A model generated the notes under the pieces. The model was not told the DNA's origin. It saw only the letters and a program-made list of their open reading frames with translations, and did not search any database. Position numbers and translations under genes: made by a program. A stretch of DNA of 24,317 nucleotides from Escherichia phage CBA6. The DNA lies in sequence record KM389296.1. One strand, 5' to 3'. Positions 1 through 8,152 of this stretch are shown piece after piece; the stretch's first letter is position 1; every line of letters begins with the position of its first letter.

Positions 1-120
1 GAATTAAAGGCACATGGCTATAGCATATTTGAAATAAGCGAGTCGATGCCTTGGCATCTTGATTTGCTAACAGAGACACTAAAGATACGTTTGTCCAAGA
101 AATCTTCCAACCCCACGTAA
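1..120 (+). CDS. 3' end of an upstream plus-strand gene (partial, product unknown)
   Basis: Frame 1 is open from the window edge to TAA at 118-120 while the other two plus frames hit stops within the first 21 nt; the stop lies inside a terminator hairpin. Confidence 0.3.
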   Translation, partial: ELKAHGYSIFEISESMPWHLDLLTETLKIRLSKKSSNPT

Positions 121-135
121 TGTGGGGTTTTCTTT
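111..135 (+). terminator. Rho-independent terminator
   Basis: Stem CCCCAC (111-116) / GTGGGG (122-127) with loop GTAAT, followed by TTTTCTTTG. Confidence 0.6.
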
Positions 136-380
136 GTTTACCTGTTTTATAGGTTAAGACAGGAACGTTTAACCTTAAATTGCTATAACACCGTTGTTGC
201 TGAAGTAAGTGTTGTGTAAATTGGGGTTTGAATTTGTTTTGAAGCAAAAATAATCCTTTTCTACGCATGTTCTGAGGTGTACAGTATTTTCCTCGCCTTT
301 ATGCCTCCATGGCATTGGAATGGGACTGCCTGTCAAGGCGGTGTTACGAGCTTCAGCGAGTAGAAACGAAAAGAATAAAG

Positions 381-407
381 TTGAACGGAAGCAGAGCTTC
401 CTATAAT
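381..407 (+). promoter_or_regulatory. sigma70-like promoter candidate (TTGAAC, 15-nt spacer, TATAAT)
   Basis: TTGAAC at 381-386 and TATAAT at 402-407; spacer is shorter than the optimum, so weak. Confidence 0.25.
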
Positions 408-437
408 ATTACTATTCGACAGATTTCAAATCCCCGC

Positions 438-445
438 CATAAATA
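438..445 (+). promoter_or_regulatory. T4 late-promoter-like box CATAAATA (7/8 match to TATAAATA)
   Basis: Sits about 22 nt upstream of the ATG of the gp5-like baseplate gene, where a late promoter would be expected. Confidence 0.3.
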
Positions 446-466
446 ACCCATGATTCTAATTGACTA

Positions 467-2092
467 ATGGGTTTCAATATGTTAGACAACTTGCGTTGGT
501 TTTACGGGCGCGTTGAAGACGTGAACGATCCCGACCAGAACGGGCGCGTCGCTGTGCGCATCTATGGTGTACACACGGAAGATACCACTCTCTTACCTAC
601 CGAATTATTGCCTTGGGGTAAAATGCTCATGCCAGCATCTAACGCCTCCTCGGCAGGTTTAGGCTGGTCTCCAACGGGTATTACAGTCGGGTCGGATGTT
701 ATGGGATTTGCTTTGGATGAAGCATACCAAAATATTCGTATCGCCTGGGTTTGGCCAGCGGCGACACCAACGGATGGTTCAGACACAAACCCGTTGGCGC
801 TGGGCCAGGTTGTTCAATCTATAGAAAGACAGAAATATAACGCCGTTGAAAATGTTCCTGTCAAGATTGAAGACGACCCACAACCAGAACCTCAACCGCC
901 TGTGGACGGTTATGATCCTGAGAAATGGATGACAGTGGCTCGTGGTGAATTAGGTGTCAAAGAATATTCTGGCAAATTCAATAATAACCCAAGGATTTTG
1001 GAATATCACAAGACAACATCTTTGGGCGCTTCGGAAGATGAAGTCAGCTGGTGCGCTTCATTTGTGGGATGGGTGTTGATCCAAGCAGGATACACTTCAA
1101 CGCGCTCGGCTTTGGCTCGTTCATATTTGCAATGGGGTTCCCCTTTGTCGGAACCCCGCTACGGCGCTGTTGTTGTATTCCGGCGTGGCAACAACCCAAC
1201 ATTCGGACACGTTGCGTTCGTGCAGAAATTCGATGCCAATTATGTTTGGTGTATTGGAGGCAACCAATCAGATTCTGTGAAGGTGAGTCGCTTCAGCCGC
1301 TCATCTGTGTTGGGTTATCGTTGGCCTGGTCCTGCTACGACAGCATCGGCGGCTCCTGCGCAACAAAATGGTAAATGGTCTGAGCCAATCCCTGATCGTA
1401 CACCAAAAGTTCAGGAAACTCCGCCCCCTTCTGGGCGTGTTCAAGATATTGATAACACAGGAGAGGTGTCGGTTCCTTCTGCTGGCGGGTCTCGTTATCC
1501 TTACAACAATGTCATGGCATCTCGGTCAGGGCATATCATGGAGGTTGATGACACACCAGGCGGGGAACGTCTCCATTGGATGCACTCCTCGGGGTCTTAT
1601 AAGCAGATGCTTCCTGACGGGGACGTGGTCAATAAATCAGTCAAAGATCATTATGATCTGACGATGTTTGACAAACGTTACTATGTTGGTCGTGATCACA
1701 ACCTGACCATTGGTGGGACTGAAGTTCAGCGCAAGACAGGTGAGGTCTATCATCTACATTCATCGAACTACTCCAATGTGGTTGCTGGCACGGCGTTGAT
1801 GAAATTTTCACAGCTGGCCGAAATTCAGGCGCAAAACGTGATGCGTATCATCTGTGAGATGTTGGAAGTTTCCAATACTTTAAAAGTGCCTAAAATACTG
1901 GCGAGTGAAATAGTTTGTGATAAGTTGTCGGTGGCGCAGACTATTGAAGGCAACATCAAATATGCTGAAGGTGCTGGTCGTGCTGCATCACGCGCTGGGG
2001 CAACTCCAGTATCTACTTCTGGTCCTGGTCCAATTGATATAAAACCGGAACTGGAGGATAATGGCGGCAACTTTGGTGGTAAAGACGCATGA
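467..2092 (+). CDS. Baseplate central hub/spike protein (gp5-like) with cysteine-peptidase (CHAP/NlpC-P60-like) cell-wall hydrolase domain
   Basis: N-terminus MLDNLRWFYGRVEDVNDPDQNGRVAVRIYGVHTED resembles the gp5 N-terminal OB domain; Pro-rich linker; central Cys...His segment (VSWCASFVGWV ... GHVAFV) typical of CHAP/NlpC-P60 amidases; conserved-looking HIMEVDDTPGGERLHW segment. An alternative start at ATG 479 is possible. Confidence 0.8.
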   Translation: MGFNMLDNLRWFYGRVEDVNDPDQNGRVAVRIYGVHTEDTTLLPTELLPWGKMLMPASNASSAGLGWSPTGITVGSDVMGFALDEAYQNIRIAWVWPAATPTDGSDTNPLALGQVVQSIERQKYNAVENVPVKIEDDPQPEPQPPVDGYDPEKWMTVARGELGVKEYSGKFNNNPRILEYHKTTSLGASEDEVSWCASFVGWVLIQAGYTSTRSALARSYLQWGSPLSEPRYGAVVVFRRGNNPTFGHVAFVQKFDANYVWCIGGNQSDSVKVSRFSRSSVLGYRWPGPATTASAAPAQQNGKWSEPIPDRTPKVQETPPPSGRVQDIDNTGEVSVPSAGGSRYPYNNVMASRSGHIMEVDDTPGGERLHWMHSSGSYKQMLPDGDVVNKSVKDHYDLTMFDKRYYVGRDHNLTIGGTEVQRKTGEVYHLHSSNYSNVVAGTALMKFSQLAEIQAQNVMRIICEMLEVSNTLKVPKILASEIVCDKLSVAQTIEGNIKYAEGAGRAASRAGATPVSTSGPGPIDIKPELEDNGGNFGGKDA

Positions 2093-2156
2093 TTACACTG
2101 GCGAGGGTAGATAATGCCCTCTCGTGCCGGAGAGGCAATATCCAAAGGGGTTTAAC

Positions 2157-2537
2157 ATGAAAGAGTACAAGGACATTGACCTGAAGTTTGGCATGCATCC
2201 GGTCACCAAAGATGTCACAAAGAAAACAGGTGTCTATGCCGTGTTGCAATCCGTACGAAATATCGTGATGACAACAGTTGGGGATTGGCCGACATACCCA
2301 AGTATCGGGGCTGGGCTGTATACCATGCTGGGGGAAAATACGAATCCCACAATTCAGGTTGATGTTAAAAACAAAGTTGAAGACGCGATTGCTTTATTTG
2401 AACCGAGAGCGGAGATACAATCAGTTGATGTGTCATTGTCTGAAGATTATCATTCTCTGGGTGTAACCATAACGTTTTATGTGGTCAACAACCCAGAGCC
2501 GATAACAGATACCATATGGTTGAAACGGACAAATTAA
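2157..2537 (+). CDS. Baseplate wedge subunit gp25-like (126 aa)
   Basis: Size and layout match T4 gp25 (YKDIDLKF..., SVRNIVMTTVGDWPTYPSIG, C-terminal ITDTIWLKR). The track's 2124 start is GTG; ATG 2157 has an AAGGGG Shine-Dalgarno 8 nt upstream. Confidence 0.8.
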   Translation: MKEYKDIDLKFGMHPVTKDVTKKTGVYAVLQSVRNIVMTTVGDWPTYPSIGAGLYTMLGENTNPTIQVDVKNKVEDAIALFEPRAEIQSVDVSLSEDYHSLGVTITFYVVNNPEPITDTIWLKRTN

Positions 2538-2872
2538 AGAACGTCGGCGGCGGAACGTTTCGTCACTATCTCAAAATGTGTTAATAAACGATATAATATT
2601 TTCCCACCCGTTCTGTGGACTATGGTGGTTGGTTTCAGATTAACCACCATACCATCCAAATGACCTGTCAACACAAATGTCAGACGGATGCGTAAGACGT
2701 CGGTGTCTTCAGAACACATTATTTGGCAATCATGGCTATATCCTATTTGCTTTCCCTTTAGAACCAGAGGGATACGGACTTTTTCCTTTAACAGAATATC
2801 CAAATTTTCAAATAAAGGACCTTCCTTTTTGTGAGTAGAGTACACCGTTTCTAATATCGGGAATTTGTACAT
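2534..2872 (-). CDS. Hypothetical protein (112 aa)
   Basis: ATG start 2 nt after the stop of the upstream minus gene (TGAtATG); no clear Shine-Dalgarno; convergent 4-nt overlap with gp25 stop. No recognisable motif. Confidence 0.4.
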   Translation of the reverse strand: MYKFPILETVYSTHKKEGPLFENLDILLKEKVRIPLVLKGKQIGYSHDCQIMCSEDTDVLRIRLTFVLTGHLDGMVVNLKPTTIVHRTGGKILYRLLTHFEIVTKRSAADVL

Positions 2873-2873
2873 A

Positions 2874-3332
2874 TCATGGCACCAAAGTAATGACGATCAT
2901 ATTGAGTACTGTGTCAACTGCGATACCAGAATCTTCTTCATGTATAGTTGATGCACGTAAATGAATGTCAGAAATATAATTGTCAATATGCATAGACGTC
3001 AGGTAAGGGCGGTGCTGGTACACAGGGCGATTGATCTGTACATATTCACGCAAGATGCTGAATGAAAAGTCTTCACATTGAGTGGTGTCAATTCGCAAAA
3101 AGCGTTGGGCGTGACAGGTCTTTAATTCAGTCACTTTTCCCAAATAATGAAGGTCTCCGAATGAACCGATGCGGAACATTACATCCACTTCAGATTTGAA
3201 AATTTCACGTTCAATAAGAGTCGCTGGTGCCCAACAAACTTCTTCCTTGTCTTCAGAAAACAACGTGTCTATCACTTCTGGTAATTGGATATAACCAAAG
3301 TTGTGGCGAGGGTTGGTGAGAATTTTATCCAT
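2874..3332 (-). CDS. Hypothetical protein (152 aa)
   Basis: ATG at 3332 preceded by the conserved leader AGCAGGAATTATATC; the track's 3353 start is TTG. No recognisable motif. Confidence 0.55.
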   Translation of the reverse strand: MDKILTNPRHNFGYIQLPEVIDTLFSEDKEEVCWAPATLIEREIFKSEVDVMFRIGSFGDLHYLGKVTELKTCHAQRFLRIDTTQCEDFSFSILREYVQINRPVYQHRPYLTSMHIDNYISDIHLRASTIHEEDSGIAVDTVLNMIVITLVP

Positions 3333-3409
3333 GATATAATTCCTGCTGTTCAATTTGTGGCGTTTGCCAATGAATTACTGGGAAGTATAGGCGGGAAGGT
3401 TTCAAAAGT

Positions 3410-3432
3410 AAAGCCCCTGGATCAGGGGCTTT
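3410..3432 (-). terminator. Rho-independent terminator after the nrdH-like gene
   Basis: Stem AAAGCCCCTG / CAGGGGCTTT with 3-nt loop; on the minus strand it is followed by ACTTTTGAAA. Confidence 0.55.
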
Positions 3433-3438
3433 GAAATA

Positions 3439-3663
3439 TCAACGTTTTAAACTTGCGGCGAGTCCAGTAACATCGGTCACGGTTTGATCAGCCAGGACAA
3501 TCACGGGCATAGACATGCGTTGCTTACCAGTGATTTTCTGTAATTCTTCCAGCTTGTAATCTTTATCAAGTTTCAGAATCTTGTGTTCAATACCGCGAAT
3601 GCGGCAGATGTTTTCGGCTTGTAAACACTGCGCACAACCTTGTTTGGAATAGATCGTAATCAT
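3439..3663 (-). CDS. nrdH: NrdH-like glutaredoxin/redoxin (74 aa)
   Basis: Small redoxin with N-terminal CxxC (YSKQGCAQCLQ) directly downstream of nrdB. Confidence 0.7.
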   Translation of the reverse strand: MITIYSKQGCAQCLQAENICRIRGIEHKILKLDKDYKLEELQKITGKQRMSMPVIVLADQTVTDVTGLAASLKR

Positions 3664-3672
3664 TTCTCACCT

Positions 3673-4776
3673 TTAAACAAATTTCAGACCGTCGGAGACT
3701 GATCCAGTAAGGACACCAGTCAGATAATCAGGGGCTTCCGCTTCCTGTAATGCGTATTGCATTGTTTTATTATCTAGCCACTCATTTATCCATGGAACCG
3801 GATTGTCTTTACGGGCTTGCCCAGGGTACGGGTGGCCAATCGCGCCCATACGATGTGTTGCTAGCCAATCAACCATTTGGTGTAAGATATTTGCGTTCAG
3901 ACCCAGCATGGATCCGTCTTTGAACAGATAGTTCGCCCACTCTTTCTCTTGGTTGACCACATCCACATACATCTGGGTCATTTCGCCACGCAGTTCTTCA
4001 CGGATGATACCAAAATCAGGGTCCAACAACGGAAGACGATTCAGGAAAGTCTGTGTCAGAATGAGGTGATCTTGCTCGTCACGAGCGATCTGGCGAATAA
4101 TCTTGGCATTACCTTCCATTTTGTTGAGGAATTGCATGAATGCCCAAGAGCATGCGAATGAAACATAGAAACGGACGCCTTCGAGGGAGTTAGCAGCAAA
4201 CAGAGCACGCCAGAATGCACGCTTGGCGTTCATGATGTCTTCACGGGTGAACGCGCGTCCAGCCATACGCATCCCGCTGTAACGCACCATGTCGTCGTAG
4301 TATACGCTGATCTGTCCGGCGCAATCTACGATCTCCTCAACGTCCAGAACATGGTCAAAAACGATACCAGGATCATTCACTGTGTTACGAAGGATATGCG
4401 TGTAAGATAGTGAGTGGATGGCTTCTTGGCGCGTCCATTCCAGAATAGCAAATTGCGCTTCTGGTGTTGATGCCCACGGGCCAAACGCTTCGAACGGAGC
4501 AGCGCCCTGAATAGAGTCCAGCATGGTTTGGCGTTTCAGGTTGCTGAAGTAGATGTGTTGTTCCGCAGCGGATAGAGTGGCAAAGTCCGCTTTGTCTTTG
4601 GTGACATCCACTTCTTCCGGACGCCAGAATTGGCTGAGGCCTTTTTCATACCATTTTTGAACAAAAGGCCAAGCCACTTTGTCATAACGCTGGATACTTA
4701 CAGGGTCGCCAAAGAATGGCAGTCCTGTATTATTTGAAGATGGATCGAATACTGAGAATTGCTTTTGTTCGTTCAT
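3673..4776 (-). CDS. nrdB: Ribonucleotide reductase class Ia beta subunit
   Basis: Collinear with E. coli NrdB: FFGDPVSIQRYD, FWRPEEVDV, SYTHIL, RFYVSFACS, MEGNAKIIRQIARDE, PWINEWL. Uninterrupted. Confidence 0.95.
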   Translation of the reverse strand: MNEQKQFSVFDPSSNNTGLPFFGDPVSIQRYDKVAWPFVQKWYEKGLSQFWRPEEVDVTKDKADFATLSAAEQHIYFSNLKRQTMLDSIQGAAPFEAFGPWASTPEAQFAILEWTRQEAIHSLSYTHILRNTVNDPGIVFDHVLDVEEIVDCAGQISVYYDDMVRYSGMRMAGRAFTREDIMNAKRAFWRALFAANSLEGVRFYVSFACSWAFMQFLNKMEGNAKIIRQIARDEQDHLILTQTFLNRLPLLDPDFGIIREELRGEMTQMYVDVVNQEKEWANYLFKDGSMLGLNANILHQMVDWLATHRMGAIGHPYPGQARKDNPVPWINEWLDNKTMQYALQEAEAPDYLTGVLTGSVSDGLKFV

Positions 4777-4796
4777 GTTTCTTTCCTGATGAATAA

Positions 4797-4814
4797 GGGG
4801 TGACGAATCACCCC
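4797..4814. other. Intercistronic hairpin between nrdA and nrdB
   Basis: GGGGTGA / TCACCCC stem with CGAA loop; no clean T-tract on either strand. Confidence 0.35.
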
Positions 4815-4846
4815 TGATATTAAACGATTGTGTGGTATAGACCTAA

Positions 4847-7123
4847 TCAGACAACACAGGTGTCGCAAATTTCTTCAACTTGTTTCAACTCTTCATCTTC
4901 CTTAGAGTCTTTGTTGGTGTTGTAATACAGAGTTTTACCACCCCACATGTAGAAAGACAGAATATCCTGCATCATGAGAGAGCGCGGGATCTTCCCGTCT
5001 GGGAATTTCTCTGGATCATAATGTGTATTAACGCTGATGGATTGGTCTACCCAACGCTGGGCGACCGCCGCTGTTTTCAAATAGTCGATACAAGACAGAT
5101 TCCATTTCAGGTCATATAGAGGACCAAGGGTTTCAACGTCCGGAACGATCTGCTTGTAAACGCCATCCTTGCTGCCTTTGATACTGATGAGGCCTTTGGG
5201 TGGCTCTATACCATTCGTGGCGTTCAGCACCTGAGAGGAGCTTTCAGTTGGTGCTATCGCCAAGAGAGTAGCATTGCGGATACCATGGCAACGCAGAGAG
5301 TCTTTCAAACCGTCCCAGTCAAGGCCGTATGCCATACCTTCCGGCTTTTTACCATTGGGGAGGATATCCAGCGGCAACGGTTGAAGGTCGGCTGTTATCT
5401 TACCAGAACGATGAATGGTTTCCTTCTTACATGCCCCAAACTTCATGGCCAGACGATTCGAAGCCTTTACCAGATAGAAATGCAGGTGCGCCATCCACTT
5501 GTCCAGGAGTTCTAACCCAACAGGAGATCCATACCCTGTGAAGTTCTTGGCGAAGAAATGTGCAACGTTGACGACACCGATACCCAGAGGACGATATTCT
5601 TCCACAGCCAGACGGGCTTGACGTGCTGGATAATCTTGGTATTCCAGCAGCATATCCAAAGCTGAAACCAAGACATATGCAACGTCTTCCATTTCTGTCG
5701 GGTCTTCAAACGCCGTCAGGTTAAAAGAGGCCAAAGTACACAGAGCGATCCGACCTTCTTCATCGTCGTACTGTTGGAATTCACGAGTAGGAAGCGCAAT
5801 CTCCAGACACAGATTAGAACTATAGATTGTATCTAGATTGAATGGGCTGTACTGGTTCATGTGGTCGACAAACGCGATGTAGATGCGGCCTGTATCTGAA
5901 CGCTGATCCAACAACATCTGGAATACTTCTTCCGCATTCATCTTCTTGGCACGAACCAAACCAGCATCAGCAGCTTTGACCATGTTGTCGTACAGGGTAC
6001 GGAACTTATCGACATCTGCGAAAAACGCTTCGTACATATCGCGGTTGTCTTTCGGATCGAACAAATACAGGGGTTGTTTGTTCACCAGACGTTCGAACAT
6101 GACGCGGTTGATCTGAATACCATAGTCGATACGGCGTTCACGGTTCTCTTCAAGACCACGGTTGTTCTTCAGGACCACAACATCATCAAATTGATAATGC
6201 CAGATAGGGATATAGCAAGTTGCTGATCCGCCACGAATACCGCCTTGAGAGCAAGACTTTAATGCCCCAGTCAGATATTTTATGAAAGGAACCAGGCCTG
6301 TGTGCACCATTTCACCTTTTCGGATAGGGCTACCGATGCCACGAATTGCTCCAACATCAAATCCGATCCCAGCGCGTTTGGATACATAATCAACAATACT
6401 TTTGGCTGTAGCATTGATTGAGTCCAAAGTGTCACCGGTTTTGATAAGAACACAAGAACTGAATTGGCGGGTTGGGGTACGAACGCCGGACATGATGGGT
6501 GTTGGAAGACTGAATTTACCTGTACTGGCGTATTCATAAAATTTCTTCACCATCGTCAGGCGAGTTTCTTTATCCCATGCAGAGAACAGAGCCATCGCGA
6601 TCGCCATATACATGACTTGAGGCGTTTCGTAATATACTTTGCTGTCTGCTGAGCGATCGCGCAAAAGATATTTTTGCGTGAGCTGGCCCATAGCCGCCCA
6701 AGTAAAATTCTTGTCGCGTTTGTGATTGATGACCGTGTTCAGTTCTTCAAATTCTTCTTTCGTATAGAGTTCGAGGAATTCACGATCATAAACGCCCTGC
6801 TTGATGTTTTTAGCGAATATATCAAGCAAGTGAGGTGGCTTGTATCGCCCATAGACGACTTTGCGCAGGTCATACGATTTCAGGCGGGCAGCAACATATT
6901 GGTAGTTGGGTTTTTCTACAGAAATCAATGTAGCCGCCGCTTGGATGATAATATCCTGAATGCGTTCGGTTTTCATATTGTCTGTGAACTGAATCTTCGA
7001 TGCTGCTTCCACCTCAGACACCGAAACTCCTTCTAATCCTTCACAGGCACGTTCAAGAACAGTGTGGAGTTTTTCAATGTCAAAGGGGACAGAAGATCCG
7101 TCCCGCTTTATGATGTTAATCAT
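4847..7123 (-). CDS. nrdA: Ribonucleotide reductase class Ia alpha subunit
   Basis: N-terminal ATP-cone (IKRDGSSVPFDIEKL), PTPIMSGVRTPTRQFSSCVLI, NLCLEIALPT, C-terminal Cys pair; collinear with E. coli NrdA. GAGGA Shine-Dalgarno 8 nt upstream. Confidence 0.95.
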   Translation of the reverse strand: MINIIKRDGSSVPFDIEKLHTVLERACEGLEGVSVSEVEAASKIQFTDNMKTERIQDIIIQAAATLISVEKPNYQYVAARLKSYDLRKVVYGRYKPPHLLDIFAKNIKQGVYDREFLELYTKEEFEELNTVINHKRDKNFTWAAMGQLTQKYLLRDRSADSKVYYETPQVMYMAIAMALFSAWDKETRLTMVKKFYEYASTGKFSLPTPIMSGVRTPTRQFSSCVLIKTGDTLDSINATAKSIVDYVSKRAGIGFDVGAIRGIGSPIRKGEMVHTGLVPFIKYLTGALKSCSQGGIRGGSATCYIPIWHYQFDDVVVLKNNRGLEENRERRIDYGIQINRVMFERLVNKQPLYLFDPKDNRDMYEAFFADVDKFRTLYDNMVKAADAGLVRAKKMNAEEVFQMLLDQRSDTGRIYIAFVDHMNQYSPFNLDTIYSSNLCLEIALPTREFQQYDDEEGRIALCTLASFNLTAFEDPTEMEDVAYVLVSALDMLLEYQDYPARQARLAVEEYRPLGIGVVNVAHFFAKNFTGYGSPVGLELLDKWMAHLHFYLVKASNRLAMKFGACKKETIHRSGKITADLQPLPLDILPNGKKPEGMAYGLDWDGLKDSLRCHGIRNATLLAIAPTESSSQVLNATNGIEPPKGLISIKGSKDGVYKQIVPDVETLGPLYDLKWNLSCIDYLKTAAVAQRWVDQSISVNTHYDPEKFPDGKIPRSLMMQDILSFYMWGGKTLYYNTNKDSKEDEELKQVEEICDTCVV

Positions 7124-7162
7124 AGCGATCCTCGGTTTGTGTTAATGCAGGCTGTTATTATA

Positions 7163-7189
7163 CGTCGCCTCCATGGATTGAAGGCGACG
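7163..7189. other. Hairpin in phoH-nrdA intergenic region
   Basis: 8-bp stem CGTCGCCT / AGGCGACG with 11-nt loop; on the minus strand followed by TATAATAACAG. Confidence 0.3.
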
Positions 7190-7207
7190 GGGAAGTTCGT
7201 GTGGTAT

Positions 7208-8047
7208 TTAAATGTTGTACAGGTCGTTAATTTCTAACATCAGGCGGGTGAAGTTACCGCGACCATTACGATCAGACTTATCGAATTCGATGATGCTGAA
7301 TGGCTGAACCCACTCAGGATATTCATCTCCGATTTCTACACCGTCAATTTGCAAAGAACCTGTTTCCAGCTTGTTGTTGAAGTCTTTAAAGGAATCCACA
7401 TACGTCTGTAACGCACTATCACGCAGTCGCTTGTTAGACTGTTTGATATCTCCATTCACGAAGATGTACGAAGAATCTGAAGCACGAGTCAATAAGTTTT
7501 TCAGTTGCTCCATATCGCATTCCTGCGCCTCTTCGATAATCAGGAAACAATCATCGAAAGTCATCCCCTTCACAGTTTCAAGGTCTTGAATTTCTATGAT
7601 GCGTTTCTCCCACAGATAGTTGAAGAAACCGTCGGAACCCGTATCTGTTTTGAGAACCTTTTTGAATGTCTGTATGAGCGGCATCAAATAAGGCATCAGC
7701 TTTTCATATGTGTCACCAGGCCGGAACCCCGCTGTGGTTCCAGTCGGTAAAGGAGAACGCGTGATGATAATCTTGTTGATGGTTTTGTCAATCAGATGCT
7801 TGGCAGCAGCGGACGCACCACAATAGGATTTGCCTGTACCTGCCGGACCGATAGCGATAGTGAGATGTTCATTGAGTGCGGATTGATATGCGAGGTTCTG
7901 ATTTTCTGAGAGGCCATTGAACGGAGCAATTTTGAAATCGCCTTTGGAAAACTTCATCCAGTCTTCTTCCTTCTGGATGGTGTCTTTCTTACGAGCAGAT
8001 TTTGTCTTCGCTGGCTTCATGGATACAACTTTAGACGCAGATTGCAT
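7208..8047 (-). CDS. phoH: PhoH-like ATPase
   Basis: Walker A AIGPAGTGKSY and Walker B-like FLIIEEAQ. The track's 8083 start is GTG; ATG 8047 has an AGGAAGG Shine-Dalgarno. Confidence 0.9.
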   Translation of the reverse strand: MQSASKVVSMKPAKTKSARKKDTIQKEEDWMKFSKGDFKIAPFNGLSENQNLAYQSALNEHLTIAIGPAGTGKSYCGASAAAKHLIDKTINKIIITRSPLPTGTTAGFRPGDTYEKLMPYLMPLIQTFKKVLKTDTGSDGFFNYLWEKRIIEIQDLETVKGMTFDDCFLIIEEAQECDMEQLKNLLTRASDSSYIFVNGDIKQSNKRLRDSALQTYVDSFKDFNNKLETGSLQIDGVEIGDEYPEWVQPFSIIEFDKSDRNGRGNFTRLMLEINDLYNI

Positions 8048-8128
8048 GTTGAACCTTCCTATATCTACAGGGGTTGTCGACACCTTTAATTAAGCGACGT
8101 GCCCAGCATACCTGTATGTTAGATAAAG

Positions 8129-8152
8129 AAAAAGGCCGTTTCCGGCCTTTTG
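8129..8152 (-). terminator. Rho-independent terminator after the endolysin gene (bidirectional in form)
   Basis: Stem AAAGGCCG / CGGCCTTT with TTTC loop immediately after the stop; on the minus strand followed by TTTTTCTTTATC. Confidence 0.65.

Noticed and set aside
1051-1661. 107-aa and 97-aa plus-strand ORFs inside the gp5-like gene
   Set aside because: Alternative frames nested in a well-supported coding region; Cys/Arg-rich low-complexity translations typical of out-of-frame reads.
2103-2121. Short hairpin between gp5 and gp25
   Set aside because: Only a 5-6-bp stem with a 9-nt loop and no T-tract; too weak to call a terminator.
2124-2156. N-terminal extensions in the ORF track (e.g. 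MPERQYPKGFN on gp25; MNSRNYIM, MKSRNYIM, MKRTNYIMRNYIM on three minus genes)
   Set aside because: These start at GTG/TTG codons and translate the ribosome-binding site itself (AGGAAyTAyATC); the downstream ATG with proper spacing is the more plausible start.
2389-2396. TTGCTTTA resembling a T4 middle-promoter MotA box
   Set aside because: Lies inside the gp25 coding region with no suitable -10 element or downstream plus-strand gene; probably chance.
4880-7036. Several 60-120-aa ORFs antisense or out of frame within nrdA
   Set aside because: All are embedded in the highly conserved nrdA coding sequence; no independent start signals.
3673-7123. Possible intron or homing-endonuclease insertion in nrdA/nrdB, as occurs in some T4 nrd genes
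   Set aside because: Both ORFs are continuous and collinear with cellular NrdA/NrdB at expected lengths; no interruption seen.
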